DNA from: Monocercomonoides exilis PA203
Taxonomy: Eukaryota > Protista > Preaxostyla
Length of the DNA stretch: 64,000 nucleotides
Direction: 5' to 3'
Assembly (NCBI GenBank): GCA_001643675.2
Contig: LSRY02000026.1
Location: forward strand, 930,001 to 994,000
Part shown: positions 22,595-48,939 of the stretch, piece by piece
Numbering within the stretch: position 1 is the stretch's first letter
How the letters are laid out: each line of letters begins with the position of its first letter
The notes under the pieces: generated by a model
The model's database searches: none
What the model saw: the letters and a program-made list of their open reading frames with translations, nothing else
Told to the model about the DNA's origin: nothing
Translations under genes and position numbers: made by a program

Positions 22595-24468
22595 ACCCTT
22601 GGTGGAAAACCCGGTAGTTGGTGACTCGAAATAGTCGGATTTTTCAACGTTAAAGTCTCTCAATTCTTTATGAGTATTCTTGTTTTTGTTTTATAAGATT
22701 TTTGTGAATGTTAAATTTTATGTTTGTTAATAAAAGTGCGTGATTTAAATTAGAAAATTATTTTTTATATTTGATCAAAACCATAAAGATGAAAAAAGCA
22801 TGCAGAAAGCTCAACTACAGCTTAAGAGAAAGGTTTGCAATAAAATGTTTCAGCGGGCATTTAAAACAATTTATATGTCTTTTAACTTGCAATAATTATT
22901 TCAGTGAATATACATGTAGTATACCTTTTTTTCGAAGATCGTATATTTTTTGTGATAAGCTATTAAAAGAAAGATTGCTGTCTGCTATTTTTTTTGTATT
23001 ATGTTTATTTTATTGTTTTTTGTTGAATGCTATTATTTAAATTCTTCGAAAACGAAGTTTGAACGGCACATTTTTACGCACATATTTTTGAAGTTTATTT
23101 GTGTTTAACTTGCTCAATGATAAGTGAAACATTGTTTTTTTGTTATTTAAACCAGCTAGTTGCTGTTGTTTAAATTTTGATATGCATCAATGCATATTCA
23201 GTGAGAATTTTGAAATATTTTGTTTATTGAAATTTCTTCAATTCTTTTTATGCAAAATTAGTTATCTCCTTTTTTTATTATTTTTCTTTAATCTATACTC
23301 AATGCATTGTGCGTGTTGTTTTTATTTCTTTAAATTCTTTTTTGTCACAAATATTTTTCATGAATGATTTTATTCATTATTTTGAAAGAATGTATTTAAA
23401 GATTGTATTTTAAAGGAATTTTGTCTTTCGAACTTTTATGTTCAATTATTTATTTATGGAACACTTGTGTTGCCAATTGAAATATGCTGTAGTTTTAAAT
23501 CTTTATTAACTTTCAAATGAAAAATGTTGTTTTTGTTCAATTTGTTCAAATAACAAAAATTGTCATCAATAAAAGTCATTGAGATTTATTGATAAATATG
23601 AATTTTGTTTAATATTCAACATATGTCTGCAAAAAATACACAAGCAGGTAAATTCACAAAATAATAAAATAATAAAAAATAAAAATTAAGAAAAACAATT
23701 CATGAAAAATATTTGTGACAAAAAAGAATTTAAAGAAATAAAAACAACACGCACAATGCATTGAGTATAGATTAAAGAAAAATAATAAAAAAAGGAGATA
23801 ACTAATTTTGCATAAAAAGAATTGAAGAAATTTCAATAAACAAAATATTTCAAAATTCTCACTGAATATGCATTGATGCATATCAAAATTTAAACAACAG
23901 CAACTAGCTGGTTTAAATAACAAAAAAACAATGTTTCACTTATCATTGAGCAAGTTAAACACAAATAAACTTCAAAAATATGTGCGTAAAAATGTGCCGT
24001 TCAAACTTCGTTTTCGAAGAATTTAAATAATAGCATTCAACAAAAAACAATAAAATAAACATAATACAAAAAAAATAGCAGACAGCAATCTTTCTTTTAA
24101 TAGCTTATCACAAAAAATATACGATCTTCGAAAAAAAGGTATACTACATGTATATTCACTGAAATAATTATTGCAAGTTAAAAGACATATAAATTGTTTT
24201 AAATGCCCGCTGAAACATTTTATTGCAAACCTTTCTCTTAAGCTGTAGTTGAGCTTTCTGCATGCTTTTTTCATCTTTATGGTTTTGATCAAATATAAAA
24301 AATAATTTTCTAATTTAAATCACGCACTTTTATTAACAAACATAAAATTTAACATTCACAAAAATCTTATAAAACAAAAACAAGAATACTCATAAAGAAT
24401 TGAGAGACTTTAACGTTGAAAAATCCGACTATTTCGAGTCACCAACTACCGGGTTTTCCACCAAGGGT
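22595..24468. repeat. Long inverted repeat: 771-bp arms (22595-23365 and 23698-24468), 332-bp spacer; probable foldback-type element
   Basis: The arms read as reverse complements (ACCCTTGGTGGAAAACCCGG... / ...CCGGGTTTTCCACCAAGGGT). The ORF track gives identical 89-aa translations on opposite strands. Confidence 0.95.
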
Positions 24469-24949
24469 ATTTGATTTTATGGGAGAAAAAATCGCAAATG
24501 AATGAGAAGATCTTTCAACATCGTAGGAAAAAATATAATGAAAATGAAAATGGAAACATGAAGAAAATGAATAAAATGAAGTTCTTTTTTTGAAATTTGA
24601 AAATCTTTTATATTTCGTCTCGAATATTTTTGTTTGTTAAATGCTCTTATTGAACAATTTAATTCGAAAAAAAAAGACCAAATAAAGATAATGGCTTTCT
24701 GGAAATATTTCGAAACATTTCAATCGGATGACATGTGGAATAATATCAAATATATTTATCTTTCAAAAAATTATTTTTTCTTCAGTTCTTTTCTTTATAT
24801 GAAATTGGACTCATTGAAATGTTTGATGTGAAATATTGATCTTGAAAACAAATGGTGCGTTTCTATAAACAGCAAAGAACAGAAACGACTATAGTTTTAA
24901 TTTTTCGATAAGATTATCTTATGAATAAACTAAAATAAAAAAAATGAAA

Positions 24950-25470
24950 AAGGAATATTTATGAAAATTTTTTGAAAAGTTCCTTTTGTTTTATTTTTTC
25001 GTGAAAAATTCAAATGGAATGAAATTATCAAAATTTCATTAAAACTCACCAAATTTCACAATACGGAAAGAAATATTTGACAATGTGGGTGATAACTTTT
25101 GAAATCATAACTTATATTGGGGTGTGCGCAAAAATGAAAATTTTTTTATGAATTGGATTAAAAAAATTTAGCTGAAAAGTTTTATTCATTCAATTGAATC
25201 AAAAGACATCGTTTGATGTGAAAGAAAAATAGAGATGATTTTTGTTTCAGTTATTTCTTTTCTGTGTTCATAAATTAATATTCAAAGCAAATTTTCAAAC
25301 AGAAATTTTCAAATGGAAAAATATGGATTCAAAAGTTATCACACATGTGATGATATACGTTTTGGACAATTTTAGTTAGTGGAAATAAAAATATAATAAA
25401 AATACACAATTTTCATTTTCATCCGAAAATAAGACTAAAGAAACTTTTCAAAACATCTCAAATTGATTCT
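24950..25470. mobile_element. Old degenerate inverted-repeat element (~0.5 kb)
   Basis: Two collinear inverted pairs: TTTTGAAAAGTTCCTTTTGTTTTATTTT (~24970) vs AAAATAAGACTAAAGAAACTTTTCAAAA (~25426-25453), and GTGATAACTTTTGAAATCATA (~25089) vs TATGGATTCAAAAGTTATCAC (~25322). Boundaries are approximate. Confidence 0.55.
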
Positions 25471-26043
25471 ATTATCATGTCATTTTTTAATAATTTTTTT
25501 GCGATCGTCTTATCGGATTCCACTTGAGATCCAACGACTTCATTTTAGAAAAATTCAAAAACTTTTGCTTTTTTCAGAGAAAACAACGACAAACTGACTC
25601 CAAAAGATAATCAAAATATATCAGATTAAATAAATCGAGAGAAAAATATATTTTGTGATTAATCAAAAAAGAATTGATTTCTTATCTTATCTTGTCTTTT
25701 CTTTTTTTTTCACTAATGTTTTTTCACCAAAAACATTCAAATTGACAAAATGAAAATCTGTTTACTCCAAAAACCGATTGATTTATTAGAAAAGTGTCAA
25801 TTTTGCGCGTTTTTATTGCTTTATATATTTCTATTTTCGTATTGGCTGAAGAGCAACATTCAATTGGTTGCATTACAAATAATTCTTTTCGTTTATCAAT
25901 TCACGCACACTCTTTTTCATAATCGTTACAAATTGTGAATCAAAAAATTTTTTCAATTCTTTTCTATAAAGCATTTAGAAATGAATCACATAAAATTATT
26001 GATTAAATCTTTAAAAGCAAAACGTTAAATCCATCATTTTGTT

Positions 26044-27147
26044 TCATCTTTTTGTTGAACCAACTGAAAGTGGAAATCCCATCGCTAGCATCTCCTCCTA
26101 TTTTGCATTTTCAAGATTTTACATTAATAAATAAATAAGATAATTATTTAAAACGAAAATTTTATTTTGAAAAAAAATGTTAATACAATCAAATTAAAAA
26201 AAAAGGCTGCTCATACTTCCTCTTCATTTAACTGTTCAATTTCATCTTCTTTTTTTTGTTTGTCTTCAAAAGCATCTGTGTGATCCGTTTTCTTTCTCTT
26301 CTCCAAATTTTTTTCATGCTCAGGATTCAAATCTTTCAATTTTATTTTTTCTTTTTGGCTGCGCCATTCAGAAACAACTGTTCATGTCAAACAACAAAAT
26401 GCATCAAAAGTGAAAATTTTCACTTATATACAAACTGAAAATTAAAATGAATCATACTCTTTTCCGCTGCTTTTGCTTCCTCTGATGTTTTTTTCTTAAT
26501 TTTCATTGTTTCTTTGTCCAAAGCCTCAAGTTTTGCTTTTACATCATCAAATGATGCTTTTTCAACTTGCATGCTCATTCCCATCTTTGCTTGATCTTAA
26601 TAACATTGCAAATTTGTTAAAGAAAAAAGAGTAAAAATTCAAATTTACACGACAAGTTAAAACAGTGCAAACGTCTTGTCCCGTTTATATGATCAAGCCA
26701 TGATGTTGAATCTTTCAACAAACATTGACAAAGTTCGCACCAATAGCCACCTGTTTGGCTTTTTTCCATATTTGCAGTAACGAACTATCATTAAAAATAT
26801 TGAATTTCAAAGCTGATTTTGAACACAAACAGTGGATTTTCCAATATTTGAAGTAATATCAACTTCAGTATCTCTCATTTTCAGGAACTCTGTTCCTTTT
26901 CGTACTGGTGACTTTTCTCTTTTTGGCTTTCCTATAATTGTGAAAGGCAATTAAGCAACAGTTAAATTATAAATTCAAACCTCCTTGCAAAATCTGCTTT
27001 TTTCTTTCTTCGACTTCTTTTTTAATAGCATAATCTTCTTTGTTAAAAGTCCTTCGAAACGATTGAGCAATTGCCTACACATAAACATAAAAATGGACAT
27101 TTTCAAATGCAAATTATAAATTTAACAACTTTTGGAGCAGAAGTCAT
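26044..27147 (-). CDS. ZMAT2: Zinc finger matrin-type protein 2 / Snu23 (spliceosomal B-complex protein), 7 exons
   Basis: Not in the ORF track because of introns. The manually spliced translation gives FRRTFNKEDY, GGYWCELCQCLLKDSTSWLDHINGTRHQAKMGMSMQVEK and C-terminal EEMLAMGFPLSVGSTKR*. Six GT-AG introns. Confidence 0.92.
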
Positions 27148-27430
27148 TGTAATTTTTCTTCAAAAATGTAACACAAATAAATAGACATCTTTTGTAAATA
27201 AAAATAAACTTGTAAATAAGCAATAAAATACTTATGCTTTTTCCGGCTTCACAAAAGGCTCAGTCGAAAATATAAAGCAAAAAGAATTCTGAAATCTTAA
27301 AAATTTTGTAAAGGGTGAATAAAATTTATGTTTGCCATCTTAATTATTTCATGCACATGATTGATGTTGTTGGATTTTTATATAAAACCCAGAATACAGT
27401 TAACATGTACCATTTTTTTAAAATTGAAAG
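27148..27430. promoter_or_regulatory. Putative bidirectional promoter between ZMAT2 and CLUAP1
   Basis: 283 bp between divergent ATGs; inferred from gene geometry only. Confidence 0.55.
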
Positions 27431-29229
27431 ATGTCTTTTTGGGAATTAAGGAGTATGTTTTGAATATTTTGCTTTGAAACGAGCTATATTTATTTTTTTG
27501 AATAATTTTATGTATTTTTGTTGTGTTCTTTTTTAAATTATTGGATTTCTTTCAAAAATCCAAAATATACTCAGCTTTCATCGAAACCATGAAGATTTTG
27601 GGGTATCCACATCTCATTTCATATGCCTCATTTAAGCAGCCAAATTTTGAGTTGATGTCACATTCACTTCATTGGCTAATGCAGCGGTTTTTATTTTAAT
27701 TTTTTCTTTTTTTTCATCATTATTAACAAAATTTTCATTTAGAGCTGATCCTCATTTTTCTTATCCATACGAAATTAGCTCAGAAAGTGATAGAGTTGCT
27801 CTTGTTAAAACGATTTGCAATCAGGCACAATCAAGGCTTCATCTTCGATTAAACCCAAAAAAATTATATAGCAGTGACACTTCATGCATTCACGATCTTT
27901 GCAAATTTGCCAAGCTATTGGGAGATGCTTCCCGTCAGAATCCTTCTTCTATTAGTGCAATTCCTGCTGAAGAAAGCGCTCCTCCGGAAGTCAAAGAGAC
28001 TCGATCATTAGCTTCAGAAATTACACAAGATGGTGCGCGGCTGACGGATTCCATTGAGGCAGAAAGGGATCTTCGGCTTTCAAGGAGATCGGCTTTAAGC
28101 ATTCCTCTTGAACCAGAACTTGCTGAACAAGTTCTTGCTCAAAAGACACGAGATGCAAAAGAAGAAACAATAACTTTAAAAGAAAAAATGAAAGAACTTA
28201 ATCAAGACAAAACGTCACTTTCTGAGAGAATATCCAAACAACAGGAGGAATTAGATCGTTGCAAAGCGCGGCTGCAATCGCTGAAACAACAAAAGTTTGG
28301 ATTTATTATGTCATTATTATTATTTGTTATTTTGAACGCACGAAACGCTATTCATTTGACATAATTAATAATTAATTTATATATGCTTATCAATTCGATA
28401 ATGATTCATATTTAAACACAGACCAGCAATTCAAGACGAGTTTGTGAAGACAGAGGACGAGATGCGGAAGATCCACCAGACGTATGTTGTCCAGATGCAG
28501 AACCTGATGTTCCTGGAGCGAGAGATGGACAAAGTTTATTCGAAGGAAAGAGGCAAATATCAGCAAGTCGAGAAAGTGCTGGCAAAGATGAAGCGGAAGA
28601 TGATTGGACAGCGCATGGCTTCGACGATTGAGGGCTCTGACGGAATGGATGGCGGGCAAGAATCCGAAGAAGAAGAGGAGGAGGAAGAGGAAGAGGAGGA
28701 AGAAGAGGAAGAAATGTCAAGAGGAAGAAGCCGAGGCAACAGCAGCAACAGAGGAAGAGCGCAGTCTCCAGGAATGAACCGTGTGATTGCGCAGCCGCTG
28801 AAGGGGACAGGCAACCGCGGCTTAGACAGCGGGGGGCCGCTGGCGCCGAGAGGCAGAGGGTCGTCAATGGATCAGGAAGACGAAGAAGAAGAGGAGGAGG
28901 AAGAGGATGAGATGGAGCCGTTGCCAAGCCAGAGGGGAAGAGGCGGGATGATGATGGACCAAGGGCGCAGAGGTGGGATGGGCGCGTTTGGCGGGGCAGG
29001 AAGCGGAGGAAGGCCGGCGCAGGTGCCGCCGCGGAGGGGAGGGATGATGACTGAAGACGAGATGAATGCGCCGCCGAGAGGAGGAATGGTGGATTTTGGA
29101 GACGATGACGATGATGAGGTTGACGACGATGATGAGATTGGCGATGATGACGTGGATGATGAGGACGAGGAGGACGACTTGGGAAGAGGAGGAGCGCGAG
29201 GAGCATCGTTTAGAGATCGATTTATGTAG
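27431..29229 (+). CDS. CLUAP1: Clusterin-associated protein 1 / IFT38 (IFT-B complex), 4 exons
   Basis: Spliced MSFWELRTFIETMKILGYPHLISYASFKQPNFELM (intron 27453-27574), then DRVALVK..LNPKKLY and RLQSLKQQ/PAIQDEFVKTEDEM..Y....QNL.FLE, matching the CLUAP1 pattern. Acidic/Gly-Arg tail. Confidence 0.9.
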
Positions 29230-29972
29230 GGTTAGACGTGTTTATCATCCATGTAAAAATTTTTTTAGTTTTTCTTTTTTTTTTTTCAAATTGAATATTT
29301 TGTTTCGCCTTTGTATTTTTTTATTTTTTTTAGCTGAAAAAAAAGATTTTTTTCTCTGAATGTGTTAACAATTACATCCATTCCACCCACTTTACACTAT
29401 TTAAACATTTTCTTTCCAGCAACAGATATGAAAATGGAACAAAGAATAGAATTAATCTTCAAAGAGAAAAGCACTTTTTAACTTATGGAAATACAAGTTT
29501 CAAAGAAAATCCAGTTTTCTTCAATTAGAAAAATGATTTTTCAATTTTTGTCTTTTCATTTTTTCAAAAAAATTAACAAATCACATAATTTTCAAAAACA
29601 CCTTATTTAATATTGATTGTTAAATAAAAAAAAATCGCAATATCCTTCAAAATTAAAACTTTAAATTTTCTGAACAAAAAACAAAAAACAAACTATTTTT
29701 TACCAAACAACGAAAAATGCTACATGAAGTGAATCTAAAATTGTAATCTGGCTCTTTTAATTTAAAATTGAAAAAGAACCATCTTTGCTACGCAAACACT
29801 ATGCTTAACAAAATAAGACATGCAAAACATCAAGACGAAACATAAGACAACGAAATTCTGCATGAAATTTAATTATTTTTTATTTTATTTTATTTTATTC
29901 TTAATTATCATTTTAAGTTTCTGAAAAATTAATATTTCCCAACCTCATCCCCCAACATTTCAAAAGAAATCC

Positions 29973-43427
<13,455 letters not shown>

Positions 43428-43572
43428 TTTAAAGTTGTTGATCGATCAAATCAATGTATGGGAAATTTTTTCGATCAATTATCTTTTTTTCAATTGCTTT
43501 AAAGTGAAGTGGAACATAAAATTTTGAAGTGCATAAATATTCTTTTTAAATTTAAAAAAATTTTGCGCATGC

Positions 43573-45171
43573 TCACGACATCATTGGTAGAGCAGAAGGA
43601 AATGCACTCTTCAATTCAGATGCAGCAACATGACCCTTTTCGAGATCTTCCTCTTCTTCTTCGTCTTCATCGATATCAAACCACTCATCTACAAAACTCT
43701 CAAAATTATGGTTGTCTTCTTCTTCTGCCGAGCCGAACTCCGCCATTGAGCTTGACTGACTCACCTCTCCTGTAAGTGAGGAGTTCAAAATAGACCCACC
43801 TTTCATTGCTGCTTTCTCTGCTTTCTTCATAAACATGAACGTCCGCCTTGCTCTTGTCCGCAGAACTTTATTTCCGCAGTTCGCCACCGCGTTCAGCAGC
43901 CTCTCCCCGTTCGTCAGCTGAATCTCCTCAATAACTGGATTGTGTACGAACTCCGGAAGCGGCGCCTCAGCTGCCATGTCAAACGATCCTGAGCACTCCA
44001 TCTCTCTTTCTTCTCTCTCTCTGTCCTGCCTCTGCCACTCGATCCGCTCAAACCGGATGCGCTCGCCTTCCACCAGCAGCTCCGCCAGGCACAGCAGCGC
44101 GCCTTCCGTCGACGGCACATCGTCCTTCCCAAACGCCGAGCAGATCGGAGAAATTAGACTTATTTCTCCATCGATCATTTTTCTCCGGACTGCTGAGCTT
44201 TCGCGGCTGAGCACAAGGGCCAGTGAAATGAGGTGCCTGCAGAGTGTTTTTGGTGCTGTGAAGAGATGTAGCTGGAGGATGTTCAAGACAGGGTATTGGA
44301 GGAGTTTGGCAACCTGAATGTCAAAAAAAATTTTTTTATAAATAAATAAATAATTTAAAAATTAAATTCAAAAAAGAAAAATAAAAATTGGTAAATAAAA
44401 AATTGAAAGATGAAAATGTTTAACAAAAGAGAAAGAGAGAGAAACGAATGAAGTTTTAAATGAAATAAGTGAAAGCAAAAGGTTTAATATAAATTAAAAG
44501 TAATTAACAATTCAACAAAGCTCATTCACAATCATAAAATAAATATTAAAAAAAAAACATTATCAAAGCAATCAATGGATATATGCATATATATTCTCAA
44601 TATAATAAATCCATCACCCACACCTGCTCATCCGTCCCGTGCGCAATGTTATCCAGCGCCACTGCTGCCCTCACTCGTATCGACGTTGGCATCTGTGTGT
44701 CTCCCGCAACAGTAAACAAATGGAGCAAGCCCTGTACAACTTCCTGGCTAATTGCTGCATCCACAATGAAGGCATCGTCAAAGGCAGTCATGTTCCGCAG
44801 GAAAATGGAGGCCTCGCAGATGAAGCTGTCCTTCGGCTCCAGAAGAAGAAGATCCACCACACGCTTCACCACGTTCTCTTGAAGGAGTTTCTGGGTCGGG
44901 TGGATGGAATGTGAGAATGGTGGTTTAATAAATAAAATAAAATAAAATAAAATAAAATAAAATAAAGTTCGAAGAACATTTTCCACATTTAAAAAAATGC
45001 ATTGTTAAATAAAAAGGAAAAAAAAAATAAAAAATAAAAATTGTGTTACACTCAATTATTTCAAGTAACAAGTGAATCTCATTTTCCAAAAATTTTAATT
45101 CACATTCTTTCCCGTTCAATTTCACACTCTCTTTTTCTTTCTTTCTTTCTTTCTCTCTCTCTCTCTCTCTT

Positions 45172-45204
<33 letters not shown>

Positions 45205-45229
45205 TTCTCTTTCTCTTTCTCTTTCTCTT

Positions 45230-45260
<31 letters not shown>

Positions 45261-47059
45261 TTCTCTCTTTCTCTTTCTCTCTCTCTATCTCTCTCTTTCT
45301 CTCTCTCTCTTTCTTTCTCTCTCTCTCTCTCTCTTTCTCTTTCTCTCTTTCTCTTTCTCTTTCTCTTTCTTTCTTTCTCTTTCATTTTCTCTCCTTTCCC
45401 CTCTTTCCATTCTTCGCATACAGTCGCAAACAGCGTGTTCTGAAAGCTCAGCTCAGCAAAGGCCGACACAACAAGCGAATGCAGCGTCGGGTCCTTCTGA
45501 ATAGCACAGTCATAAATTGTGGCTGAGTCAAATTTTCCACTCTCTTTCCCCTTCTCCTTCTCCTTCTCTCTCTCCCTCTGCTTCTGCTCTTCAAACATCA
45601 CCCCGGTTGAACTAGGCATCTGCCCCTGCATTTGTGCTTGTGTTTGCATTTGTGTTTGCATTTGTGCTGTCTCATCGTCCATCATCTTCTGCAGCGTGTC
45701 CACCATCTCCTCAGACATCGTCACTTGCTGCTCTTTCCTCAGAATCCCTATCAAAAACGGGACCGTCTGGAAAAACTCCTTTTCGTGTGCTTTCGCAATC
45801 CTCGCCGCTTCGTCCGCCTCTTCGTTGCCTTCGTTGTCGACTGAGTCAGCCTCTTCTTCAATCTTCGCTGTTGAGCCAGCAAATGAGAGAGTTGAAGAGC
45901 TTGATGGTTGTGTGGAGCTTGATGCTGCAGAAGCAAAGAAAGGAGAAACAGAGGAAGATGAAGACGAGGAAGAGGAAGAGGAAGAGGAAGAGAATGAGGA
46001 AGAGAATGAGGAAGTGGAAGTGGGAGTGGAAGAAGAACAAAAAGGTTGATGCTGCGGTGCCAGATGCAGTGCAAGAGGCTGTGCAGAACCGGCAAATAAC
46101 GATTGTGTGGATTGCATATAAGGATTGCTCAAAGGAAGCGATGCATTTGCATTCAGCGAAGCGAACAGCTCCGATTTTGGAGGATATTTCCTGTGCAACT
46201 TTCTCTGCGTGCGGCACAACGCCGTAAACGCAAAAAGGCTTGCCTCAACAACACCAAGCGGTGCCCGCGGATCCATCATGTTTTGCACCAGCGAGGCCAG
46301 AATGTTGTGCTGAAGACAGAACTCTGGAAAATCTTTGCACTCGAATCCAATATTCCCTATTAGCCATGCTGTTTGCAGGCGAACTTCGTCAGCTGGCGAA
46401 CTTAAAAGCCTCGTGGATAAATTTAGAATTCCAGAGTATGCGATTACGGACACTGCATCAGATTCCAAAGCTTCAAATATTTATTGATTTTGTTGATAGA
46501 ATGAAAATAAAATATATATTCACAACATTCAAAACATTAATATTAAAACAAAGTGATAAATGTGAGGACGCACCTAAATCCGTCAAAATAGATAGTGAAA
46601 TATATTGATATTCTGGAAAGTGCTCCCAAGTTAATATTTTACACAATCCGTCAACAGCATTCAAGTTCAACAAATCATGAGCTACATCACTAACGGCTAC
46701 AGACACAATTTTTTCCAAACGTTGCAAGTATGGAAGAACATTCTCCTCATTCGATAGAGATAATCCCTCAACTATCAGTGGTAAATTTTTTATCTAAAAA
46801 ATTTATTTAAAAAGAAAAAATATCATTTTGAAATCACTAAAAAGCACCTAACCTCCTTTTGGATTTCGGGAGTAATTCCATTGTGGCTATTAACTCTGCG
46901 AGAAGAAAGTGCATTATCTTGTTTATCTTTTCGCAATGAAAATGTTACGGATTCTGTTTTATCACGAAACTCTTCTGAATCCTTCTCATTAGAATATGTT
47001 TTAAATCTTGAAGTTCTGCGATTTTCCAAAGGCAATACTGGAAATGTGCCAGTACTCAT
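43573..47059 (-). CDS. Importin-alpha-like protein (IBB domain plus ARM repeats), 5 exons
   Basis: N-terminus R.SRFK...DSEEFR......SLRKDKQDNALSSRR is IBB-like. ARM segments LLSSPADEVRLQTAWLIGNI and RVRAAVALDNIAHGTDEQ. Intron 44891-45421 is phase 0 (TLFAT|KLLQEN). The sequence is divergent, with low-complexity insertions. Confidence 0.8.
45125..45385 (+). repeat. Pure pyrimidine (CT / CTCTTT)n tract inside an importin-alpha intron
   Basis: About 260 bp almost devoid of purines on the + strand. It lies within predicted intron 44891-45421. Confidence 0.9.
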
Positions 47060-47106
47060 CAAAAAAACAGAAAAAAAATATTATTTCTTGAACCAATATA
47101 AAAAAA
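47060..47106. promoter_or_regulatory. Extremely short divergent intergenic region (47 bp between ATGs)
   Basis: The importin-alpha-like ATG is at 47059 (-) and the Faf1-like ATG is at 47107 (+). Confidence 0.6.
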
Positions 47107-47891
47107 ATGGATTTTGATGATGCTTCTCCTCCAGTCGTTGTAGATTCTCCTTTTGTTGAGCGACCAAGTGCGAGACGCCCATTAAAACCTATTATCGGAA
47201 AAACTCAAAATAAATTTGAAAAGCAAAAGATAGATGCAGTTAAACATAAAAAAGAAGAAGAAATGTTTGTCAGTACAAGAAGAATTATAAAGGAACTGGG
47301 TATTGTATTATCAGCTTCAAAGACTTTTATAAATCATTTTGAATGATTTAGGTGGTTTGGGTCTAAAGGGACGCGAAAGGATTGAATGGGAAAACAAACG
47401 CAGAAAAGAAAGAGGTGGATTAGTACGCGTCGATCTTTATTTTATAAATTTTATTAATAATGATATTTTATTATTTAATTCAAAGCCACGACCAAATCCA
47501 AAAGTTCCATACAAAATTTTAAAAGGAATGATAAAAATGCAACAAAAACGACAAGAAAAAGCCATCAAGGAGGTATCTATATTTTTTAATATAAATCAAT
47601 TATTAAAATCTTCGTTTTTCTCTCAAATTAAAGGCAATTGAACAAGGAGTTAAGCCACCCAAAAAAAAATTGACATCCACGAAACTTGCAGAAAAAGATA
47701 GAGGAAGAGTTGGAAAAGATCCAACTGGTCGTGGATTAAATCCAAGTGTTGGAAGGTTCAAAAATGGAGTACTTTTGATCAAAAAAGATGTTATTGAAAA
47801 AACAAACAAATCAGAAAAGGATGTGTCTCGAAAAGCAAAAATTGAAAGGAATAGAAAAGGAAAGAATAAAGGAAAGAAAAGATGGAAATAA
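47107..47891 (+). CDS. Faf1/C1orf131 (DUF4602)-like small-subunit processome factor, 4 exons
   Basis: The spliced basic protein contains LKGRERIEWENKR..ERGG, PNPKVPYKILKGM and GLNPSVGRFKNGVLLIKKDVI. Three short GT-AG introns. Confidence 0.72.
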
Positions 47892-48939
47892 TTACATTTC
47901 ATCATTTCACATTTTTTAATTTTCCTATAAAATTGATTTTTGATAAAAAAATGTTAAATTTTTGCTCTTAAAAACATTAAAAGAAATTTAAAATTGAAAT
48001 TCTATTTGCTTTTTGACTTGAATTATCTTCGTTAATCAGCCTTCTTTGATAAAGGAGATTATTAAAGAAATGGGGCGAAATATTTTGCTTTATGAATTTT
48101 GTTCCATTCTTCTCTTTCAAATATTTTTCTCAATTTTCAAAATTCTTCAATAATTATTCACATTGTTTCGGTTGATTTATGATGAAGTGATTGTTGAAAA
48201 AATTTGGAACAATTCTTAGTTTTTGTCATAATGATAAAAATTTTTCCCCAAATCAGAAGAAAAACCATAATAGGAAGAAAATAAATCTGTTCTTGATCTT
48301 TGGATCTTTCTTTAATAATTGATTTTACAAAGTTTTTTCACAAAAATAAATGTGCGTTATTTATACTGTTATTTACTTTTCTCTAACTTTTTTTTCACTC
48401 CTTTCCTTTTCTTTTTTCATTGAAAAAACAACCAGAAAGAGAATAAGCTCAAAAGTTCTGAGGCTTCAAAAGGCAAAAACTGAATAATTGACTGCAATGT
48501 TTTAAAAATGAATCTTGTTGAAGAAGACGGAGGGCAATGATCCATTCAATGAAGATTCTTGATGGAATTTACTGAAAAGAAAAGAATTTCTTATTTTTCT
48601 TTTTTTAGAAAAAGGAAATAAAAACTATATTTTATAATAATTCATTTATTGTTTTCCTCCCATTTTGAAATTTGAATAAAAAAGAAAAAAGAAAAAAGAA
48701 AAAAGAAAAAAGAAAAAAGAAAAAAGAAAAAATTTGAGTTACAAAATTAACAACATCTCAATTCCTCGAACATTTACAAGATTATCCGAAAATTATCAGA
48801 CAATCCAACAAAAATATGCAATTGAAAATCGTTCCAAACAGCCATTTGCAGACAAATTATAAAACCAAAAAAAAAAAAATAAAATAAAATAAAATAAAAT
48901 AAAATATTTTAGTTGCAAAATGAAATGAGACTCGTTTTC

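Noticed and set aside
22771-24292. Identical 89-aa and 75/89-aa ORFs on opposite strands
   Set aside because: A by-product of the inverted repeat: TTG starts, AT-rich and no protein-like features.
45122-45421. RE/RK dipeptide C-terminus of the 448-aa ORF
   Set aside because: Better explained as an intronic microsatellite after the GTATGC donor at 45421.
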